From Saccostrea echinata (taxonomy: Eukaryota): DNA of 64,000 nt. Made by a program: the position numbers and the translations under genes. The stretch spans positions 32,612,001 to 32,676,000 of the forward strand of contig NW_026889803.1 in the NCBI RefSeq assembly GCF_033153115.1. The letters are read 5' to 3'. Under the pieces are notes generated by a model that was not told the origin of the DNA, ran no database searches, and was given only the letters and a program-made list of their open reading frames with translations. Numbering within the stretch: the stretch's first letter is position 1; each line of letters begins with the position of its first letter. Shown one piece after another: positions 52,001 to 62,561 of this stretch.

Positions 52001-52496
52001 TTTATGTATAAAAGGGGTAATATTTTTTTAAACTGTGGATTTATTTGAAACTTAAATAAAATTTCAAGTGTCTTTGACATATGCTACATCAGAGGCATAA
52101 ATGATATGTTATTTGGCTACATAATCAGTACATAGGCTACAGTACGCTGTTTTTTCCCACAAAATAAGAAATTGAAGTTCAACAACTGATAAACTGATAA
52201 CTGTTTCATCATTTGTATGTGTGTGTCTACACCAACAGCAATCAGACTCAAAACTACATGTTCTTCAGTTATAGAAATCATTACAGTAAACATAAATTTA
52301 TCACTGTCACTAGTGACAGTCTCACCACTTGTAGATTTCGGTTAATTTTGCTACAATATTCAACATAAGAATACTATTGCCTCAAATACAACATGTTGTA
52401 GTTCATTTTTACTACTCTGTAAGTCTATAAAATGGGAAAGGAAAGGACCAAAAAGATGACATTTAGAAATAAAAGGTGGTACCTGTTTTCGTTCAT
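38436..52496 (-). CDS. SYNRG: Synergin gamma (AP-1 gamma-adaptin-binding EH-domain protein)
   Basis: Phase-consistent exons: 52496-52483, 49937-49909, 49711-49542, 49127-49060, 48850-48609, 48229-48047, 47786-47604, 46919-46772, 46564-46402, 46042-45622, 45429-45381, 45131-45028, (43616-43581), 42189-40453, 40319-40234, 40005-39855, 39523-39467, 39037-38946, 38678-38436. Motifs: coiled coil EQEKRARQFQEQQQRL; EH domain LYPILVLSGLPKETLGQIWSLAN; many DDF[AG]DF GAE-binding motifs; C-terminus ACGVCLL..YGGRQYHAVCANLWVN..LPELL. Confidence 0.93.
39713..39860. repeat. 36-38-bp minisatellite (x4) containing a SYNRG splice donor
   Basis: gagaacttagatttcctcacctttgacctggaaact units; tcacc at 39745, 39783, 39819, 39855. 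Confidence 0.9.
47130..47304. mobile_element. Tc1/mariner (pogo-like) MITE, intronic
   Basis: ta|cagtcaaacctcgttatctcgaac ... gttcaagataccgaagttcaactg|ta; a related degenerate copy lies near 16290-16385. Confidence 0.75.
47396..47623. repeat. 114-bp tandem duplication spanning a SYNRG exon end and donor
   Basis: 47396-47509 matches 47510-47623 with ~3 substitutions; an adjacent 33-bp duplication starts near 47355. Confidence 0.9.
50257..50980 (-). mobile_element. Degenerate HINE-like element with ~145-bp units
   Basis: Repeated aggtcttgtcaca..atgcacatgt..aaatat..aaaagtaatgacc..aggtcaaact units; related to 61358-61915. Confidence 0.55.
51151..51630. mobile_element. hAT-type MITE with 8-bp TSD
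   Basis: tagggctgtca / tgacagccctg TIR; flanks tatactgc / tattctgc (7/8). Confidence 0.75.
51712..52020. repeat. Old imperfect foldback / MITE
   Basis: Arms include aaaacacaa..ttttgacccc..ggacatgcctac versus gtaggcatgtct..gggatcaaaa..ttgtgtttt. Confidence 0.55.
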
Positions 52497-52741
52497 CTTT
52501 GGAACTCTTTTGCATTTGAAAATAAGAAAAGTGCATGTAACGGTTAGTAAAAGGAATGATGATAAGATGAACTATTTCCGGAAATTGTCTATTTCATCTT
52601 AAAATAAATATGCACCAATCACTTTAACAGTGTTTAATCAGACCTAGAAATATGAATATCTAAGGGAACGAACCCCATAAATTAATTATTTCTTGATATA
52701 TTTTCGTACATGCAATCATTGACATTTATGAAGATAGTTAA

Positions 52742-53792
52742 AGCGACAGTACGGCTGCAAAATATGTGCTTTTTCATCCAAATTTACCCAATATGTCATT
52801 AAGAAATAAGGTATAAAGTTGATGTAAGCAGTTTGAGAAACAGAAATATTCTCTACTCAAACAAAATTAACGTAATTAGAATCTGCCGGAAAATCAAGGG
52901 TCGTACGAACTGGAGCAATCTTAGATCTGTTTATTTGTACCACGTGAATTCTAAAACGGCACGTGCCTACACTGTAGCGTTTACATTTATAATGAATATT
53001 AGGTGAAAGCAATTTTCAAAAACAAAAAATTATCATAACTATCTGATAAAATAATCTAAAATAATAATCGAAAAGATTTTAGTCTGCATTCAGGCGAATT
53101 TAACAGAAATTAAAAGTACAAATGTTTACGTTTTGTGTATTGGGGTCCGAGAAAGGAAAAACCAACTAATCATACGTTATCGCGGCAAATGTCAAACAAA
53201 ATATGTTTCTGCACAGTTAAAAAAAATTAGCATTTCAAATGGCAACAATGTTTATAAGTCAAAGATGTATTTTTTATGTTGAGATTACACTATTTTTTTT
53301 TCTTTGAAAGCGACGGAAAAATGAGGAAATGATAACAAGTATCAACAAACCTGTCGAATAGAACCTTCGAGAGCCCTGCGTGAGTGTCGCCGAGTTCCCG
53401 TTTCTTCCTTATCCAGCGATTATATTAATCCCCAAACTAAATTTTAGTCAGGAAAGTTGCTTTTTCAAGTTCTGTTTTCAGTTTCTTTTTCTTTTTGGTC
53501 GACTTTGTCAATGTAGCAGGCCTACCGGGATTCCCTCTCTAACCATGCTGTTTTGTTTATGAAAACTACGCATGCGTGCATAGCATGGAATGTGGAACCC
53601 CGAACACGTTGCGATGTATATATTTACGTCCCATGAATAACTATTAATTTTAATGAAATAATCCAAATTATTTAATTGTAAAAGTTGTAATTTTCTGAAA
53701 GTTTATATATTTATGAGTAGTAAAAAAATTCCAAATCTTGTCGGAAAATTTTATCTAGTCAGTTTTTTGATGAGACGCGCCGTACTGTCACT
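52742..53792. mobile_element. Kolobok-type MITE just upstream of SYNRG
   Basis: TTAA|agcgacagtacggc ... gccgtactgtcact|TTAA (13/14). Confidence 0.8.
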
Positions 53793-53796
53793 TTAA

Positions 53797-54724
53797 GGTA
53801 TGTCACTCGTGAAATTTGTTATATCAAGGATTTTTTGAGAAGTATATTTTGGATAAGTACTCATATAGTATGACTCAAAATCGCAGAGAAAATGGGGGGT
53901 CAGTGTGCATCTAACTGAGCTACGGTACAATTAAGTTGACCTTTTTGCACTTAAATTGTAACTCTTTGGTTAATCACTTTAACCGTTATCATATTTTATC
54001 AGATGTAACCATGGCAATAAACATATTCTTATTTTACGTAAAATAGTTTGAATAATATTTATCATTGAACAAATCATGCAAATTAATGCGCGTAAATTAT
54101 TGTGTGACCTTTTTGCACTAAAAAAGTCTCATATTTGGGGTATTAAAAATCTAAATAAGCAATAGAATATTTTCTTGTATCAAACTTTTTACGACTTAAG
54201 TGCTGATCGGTCAAAAGTATCGAGTAGTTTAAAATAATGAAAGAAAAAGTTGGGGTCAGTGATGTAAATTTTGAAATATTGGTCAAAATATGCGATTTTC
54301 TGGCAAATAAGTGTTTAAATTTTATCTTGACTTCTTTAAATATATCTTCATTTCTTGGCAAAATTTGTTGAGTGAAGGTGTAAATTTTGTTATAAAAATA
54401 TAAATTGAGACCTATATTTAATATTCCAGGCATATCATAACGGAAAATATTCTCTGAGTAAAAGTATGTGAGGCTAAAGTCCAAAGATATTAAATTTAAT
54501 AAATGCGTAGATTTGCAGAAATTTCTACTAAATATCCTTCCACCACAAGAAATAGTCCCTTATAAATCTTGCTTCTTTATGAATTTTTGAGCAGTTTTTT
54601 AATTGAATGTTGAACATTTTACATTGTTTAATTTAAATATGTTATAAAGATTGAATTGTAATAAATAGTTTTTAAGTAAGAGGTTCTGACTGAACTTTTC
54701 TAAAAGGCTGACGAGTGACATACC
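53797..54724. mobile_element. Kolobok-type MITE sharing its TTAA with the previous element
   Basis: Perfect 14-bp TIR ggtatgtcactcgt; TTAA on both sides. Confidence 0.82.
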
Positions 54725-55194
54725 TTAAATTGTGCCAGCACTCAAATTCTTTTGATTGTTTGGTGGGCGTGGACAGCGGAATGCCATTCTCCGTCCCCTC
54801 TTCTCCCTTAACTTCTCTCACCTTATCTTCTCTACTCAAGATTTGGAGTAAACTTAATAAATGCGCAATTAGCTGTAATCGGTGATTTTCCTCAGAGGGT
54901 GTGGATGCATTGTAGGGCTTCTAGATGAAAAGGAGAGCTAGGGTATGAAAAAATATATAATTTAAATTAATTTTGTTTTTAAATGTGTAATAGAAAGTAA
55001 GAGGCCTGTGATTACATTTTTCTCGAAAGGAAAGTGAAATATGCAGGATATGGTTGATTGAGATGTCAAAGCAGGACATGCAGACTATGAATTTCTGGAG
55101 AGTTCAGACAAAAATTTTATTTTTAATTATCTATTATAAATGAAATTCATTTATGTATGCAATGTAATAAAACAAAACAGGGCAATGAAAGCAT

Positions 55195-55491
55195 GTTTTT
55201 TTTTTTGTTTGTCTGTTTGTTGTTTAAAGTGCCTCTCGAGAATATTTCACCCATATGAAGACGCCACCACTTGCCAGTGGAGAGCTGCAGATATTTGAAA
55301 TATACTCGGCACTCAGGGTCATTGAGCAATGAGGGATCTTTTTCATGCCAACACCTTCTACGACACGGGACCTCGGTTTATACGGTCTCATCCGAAGGAC
55401 CGGTCTCTACGTCCTAGAGTGGGATTCGAACCCGCGACGTAAGGATCAATTCCTTACTTCGCGAGAGCAGACGCTCTAACCACTGCCCCAC
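55195..55491 (-). mobile_element. tRNA-derived SINE
   Basis: A box tggggcagtggttag, B box ggttcgaatcc, (aaac)n/poly-A tail, 9-bp TSD tgaaagcat (55186-55194, 55492-55500). Confidence 0.88.
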
Positions 55492-55789
55492 TGAAAGCAT
55501 ACATGTACTCTATTTGATACCGAAATCGCTATATTTTAAGATAATCAATTCTAGATAAAATGAAAATAAATTCAACAAGCAAAATAGAAGAAGAACGCCT
55601 GTCAGCAAAATGATAAATCAAAGGCGATTAATGACATCTGAGAAATTCCCGGTAAAAATTGTATATTTTGTTTCTCCGTTAATCTGCTCATAAAGTACCA
55701 AAGTTGTTTTTGCCTATTAAGTTTATAATTTCAACGAAAATGAAACAATAGCAATGAAACTTTCCTGAAAGTTTCAGAGGGGTTCTTGA

Positions 55790-56040
55790 CATGGCCATAG
55801 GAACCGGGGAGGGGGATACAGGGGGGGGACGTGCCCCCCCCCCCCAATAATTTTGCCGATATATAGATTACTATAGAAAACATAGATACTATATGCTTGT
55901 GCCCCCTCAATAAAAACGTCTAATGACCTTTTTTTTCTTTTGCTTGTCAGGGAATTTTTGGTAGTTGATAGTGCCCCCTCAACTGAAGATGTATGGCTGT
56001 GCCTCCCCCCCCCCCACTGAAATTGCTTCCTACGGGCCTG
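55790..56040. mobile_element. hAT5-like MITE (251 bp)
   Basis: Same family as 34024; 5-bp TSD CTTGA. Confidence 0.85.
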
Positions 56041-56237
56041 CTTGACTACTCACTATACCCTAAAATATCGTGCCGATCCGAAGCCAGGTTTAAAATTAAG
56101 ATAAATATTCTACGTCGTATTGCGCTGGGAAGGGAGAGGGGTTAAAAGCAAGCAAAGTAAGAAGAAAGATATATAATGAGGAATATTAAAAGCTAACATG
56201 AAGATATCATGAAACCTGGAGGTCAAAGGTCACGGTA

Positions 56238-56531
56238 ATGTCTTCAGCAATTTTCTTTATGCTTACAATGACCTTGACTTTGACCCAATGTTTCGGCCAA
56301 GTTTCAAGAGTTTCATCACAGGTACTCCATGTTTCTACGACTTTTCGCTTAGAGGTTTTAGGTTTTGATGGAAAAAACGGAAGATTTTTGGATCCATCCC
56401 CCAAAGCTGCTATAATTATGTCTCGCCACTCTTATATAGGGATATTTATTGTGTTCACCTCTGTCGAAACTGAACGGGAAATTTCTTCCCATGTCTGTAA
56501 CTTAGCGCATAGGTACCATGGGTACGCATAA
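56238..56531 (+). CDS. Possible small secreted protein (97 aa) or decayed gene
   Basis: Signal-peptide-like MSSAIFFMLTMTLTLTQCFG-Q; same strand as the two downstream secreted genes; no recognisable domain. Confidence 0.3.
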   Translation: MSSAIFFMLTMTLTLTQCFGQVSRVSSQVLHVSTTFRLEVLGFDGKNGRFLDPSPKAAIIMSRHSYIGIFIVFTSVETEREISSHVCNLAHRYHGYA

Positions 56532-57433
56532 GATTTTGCTGGTGAAGACACCGTTGATCAGAAACAGCAAGAAATGTCCTTTTTAAACCCACATTTACGT
56601 ATTAGGCCATCATTTTTTAAAAACCTTTATGCAACACATGAATAGAAACAGATTAACTTGTTAAGAAAAAATAATATAAAACCACTAAAAAATAAATACA
56701 TGTAGATAAATAAGCAAGCAAAATATCGAGGCACTGATCAATGTACTACTTAGTACTTGGTATGCAAATCTCATACACATCAGTATATGGTGAGTCATAC
56801 ATTTATACATGTTCCAGATTTCACCTAATCTGTTCCCCTTGTTTTTCTTATCCATCAAAATAACACCTCTTGTATCTGTATGCCTAGAAAAGGAAATCCC
56901 AAAAGTACGAGTAGGAATATATATTAATTATTTGTTTGAAAAAATCACAATGGAAGTAAAGGGCAACCTTGCGCTGGACCTACCAAAATAAATAAATAAA
57001 AATAACTGTAAAAGTTGTATTTTTGTACTATTATTACAGATTTACATGGGATATACATGTATATTTATAGTCTTTAATTTGCTACCTACAATGTATTAAT
57101 GAAAGAGGCCTTCATGGTCTCGAAAAACACCGTCTATAATTTGTTAATGATTTCATCAAGCCAAGCAAAAATAAGAATGCGGTGAATGTCCTCTCTTTGT
57201 AATATTTGTTGTTTAGCCTGTGTAGAAAAATTCAGGATAATAAGAATCAAAATATCTATCGACCAACCAGTTATCACCTGTAAATATTAATTATACATCT
57301 TGGCACTCCTACACGTATTAATGACCATAGAGATCCCATTGATCATTTGACCAAAGAAATTGATCAAAATGTTTTACGCATCAGTTAAACCCGTGTAGGA
57401 CACATTCACTTCACCTGTCCAAGGAGCAATAGA

Positions 57434-58519
57434 ATGGACAAACAAACTTCCATTGTTTATATATTAATGGCATTGACGGTTTTCAATCCGGACGTGCAAG
57501 CCCAGAAGAATTCAAAAAATAATCAACCTATCGTCAGGAGGAGAACAGTGATTCCAAGGTGGGACAGAGACCGTCTTACGAGTGTCAATGGCTTTCCATT
57601 CAGAGAAAACTCAGGATCCCTTTCATACGCCTTAAATGATCAACTGAGAGCGAAAAATCCAGTTTTGCTAAATTCTCGTCAAGTGTTTTTGGATGAAAAA
57701 CTGAACTTTCCAAGATCTTCCGTGTATCAAAATGCCTTCAACCTGCAAACTCCACCTGGCAGGCTTAAGCTTAATGATCAGGACGTATTAACAAATGTGT
57801 ACGGTTTGTTTGATCCGCCAAATTTTTCAAAGATATTTTCAAAAGGCCGCAAAAGGACTCCGCAAATTCTGCGACTTCAGCCAAATTTGGGATCAAGAGC
57901 TAGACTAAGCCAAGCAATTCAAAACATTCCATTCATCAGCAAAGAAACGCTTCAAAGAGATACTTCTTTCCACTTTCCATATATTGTTGGAACTTTTGAG
58001 AATCCAGAAAATTTTATCCGCATTCCTTTTCAAAGAGATTTTCTTATCAATAATGCCAAAAGTCAAAGACAACCAACTATACTGAACACTCGTAATCGAC
58101 CCATCAGCTCTATGTTCCGACCAGTGGAACCTAATTTTGGCTTTATGGAACCAACCAGTAACAGTCTTTATCTTCAACCCACAATAGGCAATTTTCCCTT
58201 GGATAATGGTATCGTTTTTGAAAAGAGTTTTAAGAAGCAAAGACCTTTAAGACCAGGTGAGAAAGAGGGCATTTATTATGATGGAAAAGTTTACAGGAAG
58301 ACGCGGAAAAGGGTTAACACGGGGTTAAACAATAGAAACCTGAGGTTTCTTAAACAAGACTTCCACAGATTTCTGTTCACACCACGGTATGATCACCGTG
58401 ATGGAATGAGATTTAGAAACAGACTCACACCCCTCTTTCCGGTAATACCCGACACACTGGTCCTTGGAATGCCTGAAGGATTAAATTACAGATTATTTAG
58501 GATGCCTTTCTTTGCATAG
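57434..58519 (+). CDS. Orphan secreted basic protein (361 aa; R/N/F/P/L-rich, Cys-free), candidate shell-matrix/adhesive protein
   Basis: Long single-exon ORF in AT-rich DNA; signal peptide MDKQTSIVYILMALTVFNPDVQA-Q; multibasic sites RRR, GRKR, RKTRKR. Confidence 0.8.
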   Translation: MDKQTSIVYILMALTVFNPDVQAQKNSKNNQPIVRRRTVIPRWDRDRLTSVNGFPFRENSGSLSYALNDQLRAKNPVLLNSRQVFLDEKLNFPRSSVYQNAFNLQTPPGRLKLNDQDVLTNVYGLFDPPNFSKIFSKGRKRTPQILRLQPNLGSRARLSQAIQNIPFISKETLQRDTSFHFPYIVGTFENPENFIRIPFQRDFLINNAKSQRQPTILNTRNRPISSMFRPVEPNFGFMEPTSNSLYLQPTIGNFPLDNGIVFEKSFKKQRPLRPGEKEGIYYDGKVYRKTRKRVNTGLNNRNLRFLKQDFHRFLFTPRYDHRDGMRFRNRLTPLFPVIPDTLVLGMPEGLNYRLFRMPFFA

Positions 58520-58995
58520 TCCTTGTTTTGTAACCGTTTTCTGGACGAAGTGTGTAAACTGGTAGGTACAATAAATATTAGAGAAAAGGTGTATTTATCC
58601 AATTTGGTTACTAGTATTACAACCCCCCTGCTCCTTCCTATTTTTTTTCTCTTGAAAACAATATAAACTGGAAATATTATTTTTGAATAAATATTTTGAG
58701 GACAGTTATAAAAGCATGAACACACAAGTGCATCTGCCTCATCAGGAGACGACAGACACTAGATTTACGCGTTACTGTCAATAAATATTGTCCATACAAC
58801 ACCTTTGCTAGTCTAACCAACCACAGTAATTTGCATTGGTGTTGGACTTTGAGCATTAGTATTTGCAAGTCTACCCAGAAGGAAAATATCTGCCGAGGAA
58901 AGAGGGACCTCTATCTATTGGCTGGTAGAGCTGAATACCCGTCAGAAAGAAAGTCAGTCATCCCGAGTAATTAGGTGCAAGTTGTCGTGACATCG

Positions 58996-59002
58996 TATAT
59001 AA
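58996..59002 (+). promoter_or_regulatory. TATA box of the 59050 gene
   Basis: TATATAA ~50 nt upstream of the ATG. Confidence 0.6.
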
Positions 59003-59049
59003 GAAGGTTGCAATAAACATTTCTGCATATTCTTAAATAAACGGCTGAC

Positions 59050-59934
59050 ATGTTACGTAGCACTTTGTACATCACATTTTTAGCTGGATTCTTAACCATC
59101 ATAAATGGTCAGAGAACGTCACTGAATGGCGCTCCAGAGCTTCCTTCAACTTTGAATCTTGATTTCCCTCCGCCAGTTCCAAATGCACCAGACCTTCAAA
59201 GAGCAGGTATCTATGATAACAACAGTGGCAGGAGATTAAATGGCCGTCTTTCCGGCGCTCTTGCAAATCAGAACATGATCATGGATACCTCTGGTGGCCT
59301 TGGAACATCTTTTAACGACGTGAACCAGGACACTGCTTTTGGTCAGCAAACCGGACTAGGTATGGATTCCGGATTTAGCCAGAGCACTGGAGCAAATATG
59401 GGACTCTCTTCTATGGGATCAATGGGCATAAACTCTGACTTAGGAACACCCTCGGGATCAATGATGTTCGGCGAGCATCCCACTGCTCTGGATTCCATGG
59501 GCGTCAACTCTGGCTTCGGAGATGTCTCCAGTACGGGTCTGGGACAAACCGGCTTCGGACTTGGTGGATCAGCAGGCGGACAAGGTTCCCTCGGAGACGT
59601 CACTTACACTAATTTTGGAGATTCAGATCTAGACCTTCCCTCCAATGCTGGATTGACGCTCGGCCAAGGCACCATGTCCACAAGGAGACGGGGTCAACCT
59701 GCTTACAACGCTTACATGCCAAGCCTAGTCCCTGGAGCCCGTGGCGAAATGAGAAGAAACCTCAGTGGACGACGCCCTGTACCACTGCCAATTATAAGAC
59801 CACCACCCATAATTCTTCTCCCTCCTAAACGTAACATGTTCTCGCTGTTTAATCGTCGTCCTAGAGTCATTACAATCCCCCTTGTTCCAGTAGGTCAACC
59901 AGTACCTGTTCCAATTGCTCCAAGACCATTTTAG
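59050..59934 (+). CDS. Orphan secreted low-complexity protein (294 aa): acidic G/S/M-rich middle, cationic P/R-rich tail
   Basis: Signal peptide MLRSTLYITFLAGFLTIING-Q; GC-elevated ORF; putative 3'-UTR intron 59943-60310 and AATAAA at 60481. Confidence 0.85.
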   Translation: MLRSTLYITFLAGFLTIINGQRTSLNGAPELPSTLNLDFPPPVPNAPDLQRAGIYDNNSGRRLNGRLSGALANQNMIMDTSGGLGTSFNDVNQDTAFGQQTGLGMDSGFSQSTGANMGLSSMGSMGINSDLGTPSGSMMFGEHPTALDSMGVNSGFGDVSSTGLGQTGFGLGGSAGGQGSLGDVTYTNFGDSDLDLPSNAGLTLGQGTMSTRRRGQPAYNAYMPSLVPGARGEMRRNLSGRRPVPLPIIRPPPIILLPPKRNMFSLFNRRPRVITIPLVPVGQPVPVPIAPRPF

Positions 59935-61357
59935 ACATCATGGTATGTTTTCATGTATTTAAAGGTCCGAGTAGCAATAGACTGAAGTACACTTTAAAAA
60001 GGCAAAACCTGATGCCTTTCCGTCGGTCCTCAAGTTAAATATAAAGATACGAAAAATTCTAAACTTATATCAAACCATCCTAAAGCTAAAGGTCTGCCAC
60101 TAATAAAGGCACAAATTGGCTCTGAATTATCACGAGTATGAACATGGGGGTTGTAAATCATCGCAGGACTTAAAAAAAAAGAATAATGATACAATGTAGC
60201 AACATAATAAACCCCTTTTATCAACTTCAAACATTATTTTGTTACATAGAATTGTAACTCTTTGCAATATTAAATTTAGTTGACCATATTTTACCTTTTT
60301 TTAATTTCAGCGTTTTGGGAGTACTACTAGGATGACGTCATCGAAATCAGTCTGTTGTGCCCAATGTCAGCATTAAACTTCAGTGTAAAAAAAAGCCTTT
60401 GTCGTGTGGCTATTTTGTCCATCGGTACTCAACCTTAGATGATTTTATATGCGTTTTTTTACTTTTTTATTTTGTTGAAAAATAAAGGTGATGAATTAAG
60501 GAAGCTTTGTTGACATAGTTTCCAACTTTTACACCCCCAAGGTGTCTTTGAGACCCTTACACCTTGTAGGAATTTTATTCATAACTTGAGTTCACCTACC
60601 AAAAAGTACTTATATGGTTCCCTAAAAAGTTTGAGTACATTAACTTTAAGTTCTTGTTGATGAAGATGAAGCTTTTACAACAAAACAATTGTTGTTCTTT
60701 ATGCTAAAAATTGTAGAAAATTCATGGCTGTCAAATAGCCCTCTATAGTTAAATATGGTGTTGATTTGCACTGTTGCGTTGGATATAACAGACCCTGTTT
60801 ACCTGTTAAATGTAAATCAATTAAGGAACAATAGATTTCCTAAAATTCAAAATCTATTAAAATTCATCCTGTTCACAAAGGTTTTCATATGAATGGCATA
60901 ATAGTAATTAAATCTGTCCATGCTGGAAACCCAAATTAATTCCTGGGTTCAGGCCTAGGAAACATGCATTTTGTCTGACCCAAGAACCAAACTAAATTTT
61001 CTGAAGTTGTAAAGCCAAAAATAACAGGTTTGTGCAAATTGCATTTTCCCCAGGAACCCAGTCAATAATTTTTTTGTATTCTTTTAAAAATTTGTACCGA
61101 CTTTCATGTTAACGTTTGCAATGCAGATAACAAAGGACTATAAATGAATATATGACAACATACAATTTTGGTCCCCATAAATCAACATTTTCAAAAGAGT
61201 TAAGGAAGGTTAGACTGTTCTGTAATTTTGTAAAAAAAAGTTTACATAAGATACTTCTTCCATCTATTTTTCTCATTTAAATGTACTCACTGGAAGTATA
61301 TGACGTCTGAAATGGTGCTATTTTTAGAATCTAATCAAAATGAGACAAAAATATGCA

Positions 61358-61915
61358 TTTTCATGCCCCTGTAATCAAAGATTTGGGAGCATATAGTTTT
61401 TGGTCTATCTGTCTCTTTGTGCATAAAAACTTTAACCTAGTCCATAACTTTTGAACAGTTAGTGGTAGGGCTTTTATATTTCACATTTGTATTCCATGTG
61501 ACCAGACCTTTCTTTTAGTACCAATATTTTTCACCTTGTAGTTTGACTTACATGTACTTAAACCTTTGCCATAACTTTTTAACGGTTGGTGCTACAGCTT
61601 TCATATTTCATTTATTTATTCCTTGAGACAAGACATTTCTTTTGGTACCAATATTTTTGACCTCATGACTTGACCTTGATTGGAGTATGACCTACTTTTG
61701 AAAAAACTTCTAACATTTTCATATTTTCTGAATGGTAGGTACTATGACTGTCATATTTCACATGTGTATTCCTTGTAACATGAACTTTCTCTGGGTACCA
61801 ACAATTTTTTAACCCTTGACTTTGACCTTGGAGTTTGACATACATTTGAAAAACTTAAACCTTGGCCTTGACCTGCCATACAGGGACCATCAGTGTTTCA
61901 TAAACACATCTTGTT
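61358..61915 (+). mobile_element. Degenerate HINE-like element
   Basis: atgcccc..ggagcatatag 5' end, tgtctc microsatellite, repeated ccataactttt..tcatatttcaca..ttcctt..tggtaccaa units, 3' hairpin gtgttt-cat-aaacac then cttgtt. Confidence 0.6.
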
Positions 61916-62405
61916 TCTGATGTTTTGTTCTAAGTGAAACATAGAGTGCAGCTTGAACAAGCAGAAATTTTTTTTGTATGTACTAATTAGTTTTTGATAT
62001 ATACAGCTTTGATGAATATATAATGTTTGTTCCAATCTGTACTTAATATTTTCTGGAAGAAAAATTACTTTAGAATGAGCAATTTTACACAAAATATGCC
62101 AAAATTGTTGGAAAAGGTGATGCTATTTTTTCTAAATTAAGGGCATTTGGATCAAATTGAAAAACATGAATAAATGTCAGCTGTATAGCTGTGTAAACCT
62201 ATACATAAAGTAAAATTAAGATGTTCATATTTGGGGGCCACTTGAGACCCTTATCACATAACAGTCCTTTCATTTACCAGATTCAACTCATTCAATTCTT
62301 TTACTGACCACCAACAAATGCAAACTACATGTAAGTTGTCATATGTCATAACAGTCCAACATCTCACCAAGCGGTCCAAGATCATATTTTTTGGACCCAT
62401 GTTCA

Positions 62406-62561
62406 GTAAAAACATTGGTAATGTTAGACCTATTAAAGTACAGATTTATATTGGAAACAATTTTTTAAGGATGTAACAATGAGGTAAAAACATTGGTAAT
62501 GTTAGACCTATTAAAGTACAGATTTATATTGGAAACAATTTTTTAAGGATGTAACAATGAG
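62406..62561. repeat. Perfect 78-bp tandem duplication
   Basis: 62406-62483 is identical to 62484-62561. Confidence 0.9.

Noticed and set aside
55420-55491. Functional tRNA gene
   Set aside because: No complete cloverleaf; it is followed by a SINE body, simple-repeat tail and TSD
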